Assembly: GCA_964643675.1 (NCBI GenBank)
Contig: CAZXTO010000001.1
Coordinates: 1-37,439 of the forward strand
Direction of reading: 5' to 3'
Source: an uncultured Planctomycetales bacterium
GTDB taxonomy: Bacteria > Planctomycetota > UBA1135
DNA: 37,439 nucleotides
In this document: one piece after another, positions 21,915 to 28,238 of the stretch
How positions within the stretch are numbered: the stretch's first letter is position 1
Layout of the letters: each line of letters opens with the position of its first letter
Made by a program: the position numbers and the translations under genes
The notes under the pieces: model-generated
What the model saw: only the letters and a program-made list of their open reading frames with translations
Told to the model about the DNA's origin: nothing
The model's database searches: none

Positions 21915-24224
21915 TCAGGCCTTGGCCAGCTGGACAGCGCAGATCTTGAACTCGGGCTGCTTCGAGCCCGGGTCGTAGGCGTCGATGGTCACGAGGTTGA
22001 CGAGGGCGTCTTCCCAGTGCATCGGGATGAAGCAGGTGCCAGGCTGCGGGTGCGGCACCACGCGGGTCTCGACCGTGAGCGAGCCGCGCCGGGAAGTGAC
22101 CTTCACCGGGTCGCCGCTCTTCACGCCGAGCTTGGCCGCGTCGTCCGGGTGGATCTCGCAGTAGCACTTCTTGTAGGTGCGCTCGAGCTCCTTGCAGCGC
22201 ATGGTCATGGTGCCGGTGTGCCAGTGCTCGACCACGCGGCCCGTCGACAGGCTGTAGGGGTACTCGTCGTCGCAGGGCTCGGCCGGACCCTTGATCGGGC
22301 GCAGCCAGACGATCGCCTTCTGGTCGGCGGCGGCGTAGAACTTGGTCTCGCCGTCCTGGCGGCTGGAGTCGCCGTCGAGCAGCGGGTCGTCGCCCTTGAC
22401 GAAGCGGCGCGCGGTGCCCGGGTGGGTCTCGTCGGGGCACGGCCAGCGCAGGCCGCGCTCCTTCTTGAGCCGCTCGCGGGTCATGCCGGCGAAGTCGTAG
22501 GGCGTGCCCTTGCCGGCCAGCAGGATCTCCTCCCACATGTCGTCGGTGCTGTTGAACTTGCCGCCGATGTAGCCCTTCGGCACGACGCCGCGCTCCTCCA
22601 GGCCCTTGGCCAGGTCGAGCAGGATGTCGAAGTCCGAGCGGGCCTCGCCGGGGGCGTCGGTCACCTTCGGGTGGAGCTGGTAGCGGCGCTCGGACATGCC
22701 GAAGACGCCGGTCTTCTCGGCCCACATCGCCGCCGGCAGCACGACGTCGGCCAGCTTGGTGGTCTCGGTGTCGAAGATGTCCGCCACCACGATGAAGGGC
22801 TTGTTCGGCCGCGGCTTGCCCATCGCGTCGCGGTAGGCGCCGGCGTTCGGCAGCGACTGCGCGGGGTTGGTGGTGGTGACGAACATGGCCTGGATCTCGT
22901 CGCGGCCCAGCGCCTTGAACATCTCGATGGTGTTGAGGCCAGGCTTGTCCTGGATCGTGCCGGGGGCGCAGCCCCACAGCTTCTCGATCACCTCGCGGTG
23001 CTCGGCCTTCTTGACCACCCGGCCGTAGGGCAGGATGTGCGACAGGCTGCCGGTGTCGCGCACGCCGCCGCAGGCGTTGGGCTGGCCGGTCAGCGAGAAG
23101 GGCGTCGACCCCGGCTTGCCGATCAGGCCGGTGATCAGGTGCAGGTTGTGCATCAGGTTGTTGGCCCAGACGCCGGTGATGCGCTGGTTCAGGCCCATGG
23201 TCCAGAAGGACATGCTCGGGCCCTGGGCGAACATGCGCGCCGCCTTACGGATGTCGGCCGCCGGCACGCCGCAGATGGCCTCGGCCTTGTCGGGCGTGAA
23301 GTCCTCGAGGAACTTCTTGTAGCCCTCGAAGTCGGTGCCGCCGTCGGCGCCCTTGAACTGCACGTTGGCGTCGATGAACTCGGGGTCGTAGAGCCCCTCG
23401 GCGATGATCACCTGCGCCATGGCGTGGAATACCGCCAGGTCGTAGCCGGGCTTCGGCTGCAGGTAGAGGTCGGACATGCCCTGCAGCGGCGACTTGCGCG
23501 GGTCGAGCGTGATCACCTTCACCGCCGGCCGGTCGGCCTTGGTGGCCAGGATCCGGTCGAGGATGATCGGGTGGCACTCGGCCGTGTTCGACCCGACCAG
23601 GAAGAAGACCTCGGCGTCGTCGATGTCGTCGTAGCACCCCATCGGCTCGTCCTTGCCGTAGGTGCTGACGTAGCCGCCCACCGCGCTGGCCATGCAGAGC
23701 CGCGGGTTGCCCTCGACGTTGTTGGTGCCGATGCCGCCCTTGAACAGCCGGTTGGCGAGGTAGCTCTCCTCGGTCATGCACTGGCCGGAGCCGTAGTAGG
23801 CGACCGAGTTGGGGCCGTTGGCCTTGATGGTGTCGGCGAACTTGTCGCACACCAGGGTCATGGCCTCCTCCCAGCTCGCGTCGACCAGCTCGCCGCCCTT
23901 GCGGATCTGCGGCGTGGTCAGGCGGTCGGGGTGGTTGACGACCTTGGGCAGGAACAGGGACTTCATGCACACCAGTCCCTTGGTGCTCGGGTGCTCGACG
24001 TCGCCGCGCAAGGAGACGAGCTTGCCGCCCTTCACCCCGAGCACGACGCCGCAGCCGGTGCCGCAATAACGACAGACCGACTTCACCCACTGGTCGGGTT
24101 CGACCTTGGCGGGCGCGGCGGCCGTGGTGGCGGCCCCCTCCTTCTTGGTGCACGCGGCGCCGGTCGCGCCGACCACGGCGGCGACTGCGCTGGTGCGTAT
24201 GAAATCACGACGGCTGGCTTTCAT
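21915..24224 (-). CDS. napA: Periplasmic nitrate reductase catalytic subunit NapA (Mo-bisMGD, 4Fe-4S)
   Basis: 769 aa with the Tat signal SRRDFIR and the N-terminal 4Fe-4S motif CRYCGTGCG. Molybdopterin oxidoreductase architecture runs throughout. AGGAGA lies 9-14 nt upstream of the ATG. Confidence 0.95.
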   Translation of the reverse strand: MKASRRDFIRTSAVAAVVGATGAACTKKEGAATTAAAPAKVEPDQWVKSVCRYCGTGCGVVLGVKGGKLVSLRGDVEHPSTKGLVCMKSLFLPKVVNHPDRLTTPQIRKGGELVDASWEEAMTLVCDKFADTIKANGPNSVAYYGSGQCMTEESYLANRLFKGGIGTNNVEGNPRLCMASAVGGYVSTYGKDEPMGCYDDIDDAEVFFLVGSNTAECHPIILDRILATKADRPAVKVITLDPRKSPLQGMSDLYLQPKPGYDLAVFHAMAQVIIAEGLYDPEFIDANVQFKGADGGTDFEGYKKFLEDFTPDKAEAICGVPAADIRKAARMFAQGPSMSFWTMGLNQRITGVWANNLMHNLHLITGLIGKPGSTPFSLTGQPNACGGVRDTGSLSHILPYGRVVKKAEHREVIEKLWGCAPGTIQDKPGLNTIEMFKALGRDEIQAMFVTTTNPAQSLPNAGAYRDAMGKPRPNKPFIVVADIFDTETTKLADVVLPAAMWAEKTGVFGMSERRYQLHPKVTDAPGEARSDFDILLDLAKGLEERGVVPKGYIGGKFNSTDDMWEEILLAGKGTPYDFAGMTRERLKKERGLRWPCPDETHPGTARRFVKGDDPLLDGDSSRQDGETKFYAAADQKAIVWLRPIKGPAEPCDDEYPYSLSTGRVVEHWHTGTMTMRCKELERTYKKCYCEIHPDDAAKLGVKSGDPVKVTSRRGSLTVETRVVPHPQPGTCFIPMHWEDALVNLVTIDAYDPGSKQPEFKICAVQLAKA

Positions 24225-24483
24225 CGTTGGTTGTCTCCTGAGGATCGAACTCGTCCTCCGCGTTCACGTAGACCGGCCACACGGCGAGCACGCCGTCGGT
24301 GGCCTGCACGCTCCCCTCGAGCAAGTCGCGCGCGGCGCGCAGGCTCGGCGCCTCGACCACCATGCCGACCTTGTCCAGGTCCTCGGCGGGCACGACCTCG
24401 ACCTCCGGCAGGGCGGCGAGGCTGCGGGCCACCGCCTCCCGGTCCGCCGGGCGGACGGTGGCGTAGGCGCCGATGATGGGCAT
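24205..24483 (-). CDS. napD: NapD, NapA Tat-signal-binding chaperone
   Basis: ATG at 24481-24483. The product is 92 aa (MPIIGAYATVRPADREAVARSLAALPEVEVV...GVLAVWPVYVN), matching the ferredoxin-like NapD pattern. It overlaps the napA start by 20 nt. It is only the tail of the spurious 696-aa ORF 24205..26295. Confidence 0.8.
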   Translation of the reverse strand: MPIIGAYATVRPADREAVARSLAALPEVEVVPAEDLDKVGMVVEAPSLRAARDLLEGSVQATDGVLAVWPVYVNAEDEFDPQETTNDESQPS

Positions 24484-24521
24484 GTCGCGGGGAGGCTCGG
24501 GGGGAGCGTGTCGGGGGGTGG

Positions 24522-26225
24522 TTACTTGTAGTGGTCGAAGCCCTCGGCGGCGGACTTCTCGGCGTCGAACCACTCGTGCTCCGGCCGCGCGAGGATCTCC
24601 TCGATCAGGGCCAGGACCTTCTCGGCGCCGGCGGCGTTGCCGTGCGCGCTGGCCTCCTCGCAGGCGTGGCGGGCCTGCGGCAGCAGCTCCATGTAGAAGC
24701 GCTCGGCGACCTCGTACATGCCGTGCCAGTGGGCGTAGTCCGGCGCCATCATCGAGGCGCCGTGGCGGCCGCGGCGGCCCTCGTGGTGCCAGAGGTAGAA
24801 CCACGTCCACTCGATCTCGTCGTCGAACTGCGGCTTGGTGATCACGCCCTCGGCCCACAGCGCCTTCATGATCTTCAGCCCCGGCTTGGCGAACTTCTCG
24901 TTGTAGAGCACGATGTAGTCGTCGTACTGCTCGTAGAAGCTGTCGACGTAGCCCGGCGCGTGGCAGTTGAGGCACACCTGGGTCATGCGCTCGCGCTTGG
25001 CGGCGGCGCTGTCGAAGCTGCCCTCGGCCTTGGCGGCCTGGATCAGCTTGCGGCGCTTCAGCGGGTCGGTCTCCTTGACCACCGAGCCGTTGATGGTGTC
25101 CATCGCCGCCGACACCGGCGGGCGGTTGGTCCAGGAGATGCGCTCGCCCGGGTCGTGGGTGATGGTGCCGTCGTTGCGGGCGTTGCCCGACATGTGGCAG
25201 GTGGCGCAGGTCGGGGCGGCGTCGTAGTCGACGCCGAGCACCCACTCCTCGCCGTCGAGGGCGAGCTTGTCCTTCAGGTCGCGGTAGGCGATGCCGTGCT
25301 TGGACTCCTCGTAGACCTCCTTCTGCGGGTGGTCCGGGCCGAGGTGGCACTTGCCGCAGTTCTCGGGCTGGCGCGCGCGGCGCGAGCTGAAGTCGTGGCG
25401 GCTGTGGCAGGCGGTGCAGGAGCCGGCCGAGCCGTCGAGGTTGAAGCGGCCGATGCCGGTGTTCGGCCAGTCGCCGCTGATCAGCACCGGCTTGCCGTTC
25501 TGGTCGCGCTTGATCTTGGCCGCGACCTCGAGGTTGGTCGGCATGCCGTCCTCGTCGGGCGCGAGCTCGTCGACGGTGATGCGGCTGCCGTCGGTGCCCT
25601 CGAGCGCGATCTTCGAGCCGTGGCACTGCTTGCAGCCCGAGTTGGCGCTGGCGAAGCCGTTGGCCATGTCGATGCCCGGCCGGCCCGGCGTCGGGCTGTG
25701 CGGGTTGAACTCGCCGCGGTAGCCCTCGGTGACCTCGGCCAGGCGGTTGTCGAGCGAGTGGAGGATCTCGCCGGCGCGAGAGTGGTGGCTGGCGGCGAAT
25801 TCCTCCTGCTCGGTCTCGTGGCACTCGGCGCAATCGAGCGGCGTGACGATGGTGGCGATCACCACCCCCTCGTGCTTCCAGGCGTCGGGCTCGCCCTCCT
25901 CGGCCTGGTGACAATCCAGGCAGGCCACGTCCATGGCCGCGTGGGCGGAGTCGCGCCAGTGGCTGACGATGCCCGGGCTCTCCTTGGTGTGGCACTCGAC
26001 GCAACGCTTCGACTCCTCGGGCACCGTGATCTCCGGCTCCTGGGCCGAGGCGACGACGGGCCCGGCCGCGGGCGGCGACGGGCCGGCTGCGAGCTCGGCG
26101 GTCGGCGCGGCGGCCGAGTCCGAGGGCTCCGGCGGAGCGACCGGGTCGTCGCACTGCGCACACAGGAGGAGGCAGGCGCTGGCCGCAAGGAGGGTGATGG
26201 CGGATGCGGGCGAGGGCTGGTTCAT
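24522..26225 (-). CDS. hao: Octahaem c-type cytochrome of the hydroxylamine oxidoreductase (HAO) family
   Basis: There are eight CXXCH motifs (CVECH, CLDCH, CAECH, CKQCH, CTACH, CGKCH, CATCH, CLNCH). An HAO-family signature block is present (WPNTGIGRFNLDGSAGSCTACHSRHDFS...PENCGKCHLGPDHPQKEVYEESKHG; WHHEGRRGRHGASMMAPDYAHWHG). The likely start is the ATG at 26223-26225 (MNQPSPASAITLLAASAC...); an alternative upstream start is at 26279. Confidence 0.9.
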   Translation of the reverse strand: MNQPSPASAITLLAASACLLLCAQCDDPVAPPEPSDSAAAPTAELAAGPSPPAAGPVVASAQEPEITVPEESKRCVECHTKESPGIVSHWRDSAHAAMDVACLDCHQAEEGEPDAWKHEGVVIATIVTPLDCAECHETEQEEFAASHHSRAGEILHSLDNRLAEVTEGYRGEFNPHSPTPGRPGIDMANGFASANSGCKQCHGSKIALEGTDGSRITVDELAPDEDGMPTNLEVAAKIKRDQNGKPVLISGDWPNTGIGRFNLDGSAGSCTACHSRHDFSSRRARQPENCGKCHLGPDHPQKEVYEESKHGIAYRDLKDKLALDGEEWVLGVDYDAAPTCATCHMSGNARNDGTITHDPGERISWTNRPPVSAAMDTINGSVVKETDPLKRRKLIQAAKAEGSFDSAAAKRERMTQVCLNCHAPGYVDSFYEQYDDYIVLYNEKFAKPGLKIMKALWAEGVITKPQFDDEIEWTWFYLWHHEGRRGRHGASMMAPDYAHWHGMYEVAERFYMELLPQARHACEEASAHGNAAGAEKVLALIEEILARPEHEWFDAEKSAAEGFDHYK

Positions 26226-26379
26226 GAGAGCGCGGCGCCTCGTTCCCCCGGACGCGGACTGCCCGCGGAGCCGGTTCAAGGCAACCGCCCAGCACTTAAA
26301 CCCGGGCCCCGCCCAGGCAAGCCCTAATCCGACACGAAAACAGTGCTATTAAGCCTCGGGGACTGCACTCTCTCCTTCT

Positions 26380-26400
26380 GCCGCCCTGACTTAGGGCGGC
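26380..26400 (-). terminator. Stem-loop downstream of the sulfatase gene (possible terminator separating it from the hao-nap operon)
   Basis: An 8-bp inverted repeat gccgccct / agggcggc with a 5-nt loop, 25 nt from the sulfatase stop at 26425. No U-tract follows. Confidence 0.4.
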
Positions 26401-26424
26401 TGTCGCGCCTAGGTCCGCACCGAC

Positions 26425-27891
26425 TTACTCGTCTTCGTCGCCCTCGGCGTAGCCGAGCTCGCTGAGGTCGGCGGCGACCTCCTCGGACAGCTCCCCCTCG
26501 ATGATCTGGCCGACGAAGCGGGCGTCGTCCTCGCGGTGCACCTTGAGCCAGTCCTGGAAGCGCGGCACCAGGTCCTGGATCACCGCCTGGGCCTCGTCGA
26601 TGCGATTGGGGTCGGCGACCAGGCTCTTCTGCTCCCACGGGTCGGCGACCATGTCGAACAGCTTGATCTTGCCGGTGTTGCCCTCGGTCTCGCGCACGTG
26701 GACCTTCCAGCGCTCGTCGAAGCGGAAGGTCAGGCGGTCGTTGAACTGGGCGATGCGCAAGCGCTCATCGTTGTACGAGCGGGCGGACTCGAGCAGGGGC
26801 ATCAGGCTGTCGCCCTGGATGCCCTCGGGCTGGTCCACGCCGGCGTAATCGAGCACGGTCGGCAGCAGGTCGATCAGCATGGTCGGCTCGTCGCTGACCG
26901 TGCCGGCGAACCGGCCGCCCGGGAAGCGGACGATCAGGGGGACCTGCAACTGCTCTTCCCACAGGTGGTTGTGCCCGATGTAGGGGCGCAGCCGACCGAG
27001 GCTCTCGCCGTGGTCGCTGGTCACGATCAGCAGGCTGCGGTCGAGGGTGCCGTCGGCCCGGAGCTTCTCGAGGAAGCGCCCGAAGTGCTCGTCGGTCATC
27101 CGGATGCCGCCGTCGTACATGTCCCGCAGGTGGTCCATGTTGGCCTGGTGCTGCTCGACCGGCAGCTCGTGGCGATCCGCCTTCATGTACTGGTCGAACT
27201 CCTCGCGGCCGCACAGGGCGAGGATGTCGAACTCCGGGTTGTCGAAGTCGCCGCGGAAGCGCGAGCGGATCGGCTCCTCGGGGTAATAGGGGCAGTGGAT
27301 GTCGTAGGTGTGCAAGAACAAGAAGAAGGGCTTGTTCTTGTCGCCCCGGGCGTCGTACCAGGCCTCGGTCTGGGGCAGGATGGTCTTGAAGCCGCGCCGG
27401 TAGGCCTTGGTGCGGTTCTCGTCCTTGCTGACGTAGGTCTGGAAGCCGTCCTCGAAGCCCAGGCCCTCGCCCAGGAAGCCGCCGCCGGTGAAGGCCGCAG
27501 TCTCGTACCCGGCCTCGGCCATCAGCCCGGCCCACGAATACGGAGAGCGCATGTACTGGCCCGGCAGGTGCTTGTGACGGTGAACGAATTGCCCGGTGAA
27601 GAGGCTGCGGTGCGCCGGACCGGTATTGCTGCTCTGGGAGATGCAGTTGGTGAAGGTGACCGACTCCTTCGCCAGCGCCTCGAGGTAGGGCGAGTTGCGG
27701 CTGGGGGCGCCGTAGGGGGTCAGTCGGTCGGGCCGGCAGGTGTCCAGGCTGACCAGGATCACCGGCATCGGGCCGTCCGGCCGGCCGGCGGCCGAGGGGG
27801 CGCCGTTGGTGCCGGGGGCCGGGGCGGGATCCTCGCCGCCACAGGAGGCCAGAACGAAGCCCAGAACGAGGGTAAGCGCGCTCTTCCGCAT
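26425..27891 (-). CDS. Sulfatase-family (formylglycine-dependent) hydrolase, predicted lipoprotein
   Basis: 488 aa with signal plus lipobox (LVLGFVLASC). The active-site context is ILVSLDTCRPDRL (CxPxR). Sulfatase motifs include LIVTSDHGE and HNHLWEEQLQVPLIV. Confidence 0.9.
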   Translation of the reverse strand: MRKSALTLVLGFVLASCGGEDPAPAPGTNGAPSAAGRPDGPMPVILVSLDTCRPDRLTPYGAPSRNSPYLEALAKESVTFTNCISQSSNTGPAHRSLFTGQFVHRHKHLPGQYMRSPYSWAGLMAEAGYETAAFTGGGFLGEGLGFEDGFQTYVSKDENRTKAYRRGFKTILPQTEAWYDARGDKNKPFFLFLHTYDIHCPYYPEEPIRSRFRGDFDNPEFDILALCGREEFDQYMKADRHELPVEQHQANMDHLRDMYDGGIRMTDEHFGRFLEKLRADGTLDRSLLIVTSDHGESLGRLRPYIGHNHLWEEQLQVPLIVRFPGGRFAGTVSDEPTMLIDLLPTVLDYAGVDQPEGIQGDSLMPLLESARSYNDERLRIAQFNDRLTFRFDERWKVHVRETEGNTGKIKLFDMVADPWEQKSLVADPNRIDEAQAVIQDLVPRFQDWLKVHREDDARFVGQIIEGELSEEVAADLSELGYAEGDEDE

Positions 27892-27928
27892 CCCGGGATT
27901 CTACCCCGCCCCGGGCTAGACTGCGGCC

Positions 27929-28198
27929 ATGAGCGACTCCGACCGAGACCAGATTCCGGCCAAAAATGACCCGCCGGCGCGAGGAGCGGACGGCCCCGTG
28001 GTCGAGCGCTGCGAGCCCGGCCGCTACGCCTGGTGCAGCTGCGGCCTGGCCGCCACCCACCCGCGCTGCGACGGCAGCCACCGGGGGACCGAGCACAAGC
28101 CGGTGAAGGTGGAGATCACCGAGGCCAAGCAGGTGGCCTGGTGCGCCTGCGGCAAGACCGCCAAGGCGCCGTGGTGCGACGGCAGCCACGCGCGCTGA
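27929..28198 (+). CDS. CDGSH-type iron-sulfur domain protein (two CDGSH motifs)
   Basis: 89 aa. The two motifs are CSCGLAATHPRCDGSH and CACGKTAKAPWCDGSH (C-x-C-x2-[ST]-x3-P-x-C-D-G-[SA]-H). Confidence 0.95.
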   Translation: MSDSDRDQIPAKNDPPARGADGPVVERCEPGRYAWCSCGLAATHPRCDGSHRGTEHKPVKVEITEAKQVAWCACGKTAKAPWCDGSHAR

Positions 28199-28220
28199 GC
28201 GGGAGCGAGCGGGCTGAGCC

Positions 28221-28238
28221 GCGCCGCCCGAGCGGCGC
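28221..28238. terminator. GC-rich hairpin between convergent genes (possible bidirectional terminator)
   Basis: A 7-bp inverted repeat gcgccgc / gcggcgc with a 4-nt loop (ccga), lying between the CDGSH stop (28198) and the LamG-protein stop (28239). Confidence 0.45.

Noticed and set aside
20021-21978. Plus-strand ORFs of 521 and 579 aa, and the 484-aa minus-strand ORF 20059..21513, over napG and napH
   Set aside because: The products are extremely Arg/Pro/Gly-rich. Only the last 282 codons of 20059..21513 (from the ATG at 20907) form a NapH-like membrane Fe-S protein, and the upstream part overlaps napG in another frame.
21571-22977. 468-aa ORF overlapping the 3' half of napA
   Set aside because: Only its last 109 codons (from the ATG at 21900) make a sensible signal-peptide dihaem cytochrome. 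The rest is an out-of-frame overlap with napA.
24205-26295. 696-aa ORF, and the plus-strand ORFs 22017..24476 and 24531..26327
   Set aside because: The 696-aa ORF is out of frame with the octahaem cytochrome gene. Only its C-terminal 92 codons are NapD-like. The plus-strand ORFs are antisense artefacts.
26280-26424. Possible sigma-70 promoter (TTGCCT-n16-TAAGTG on the minus strand) and an FNR/NarL-type site upstream of the hao-nap operon
   Set aside because: The matches to consensus are weak (-10 only 2 of 6), and I could not find a convincing TTGAT-n4-ATCAA or NarL heptamer, so they are not reportable as features.
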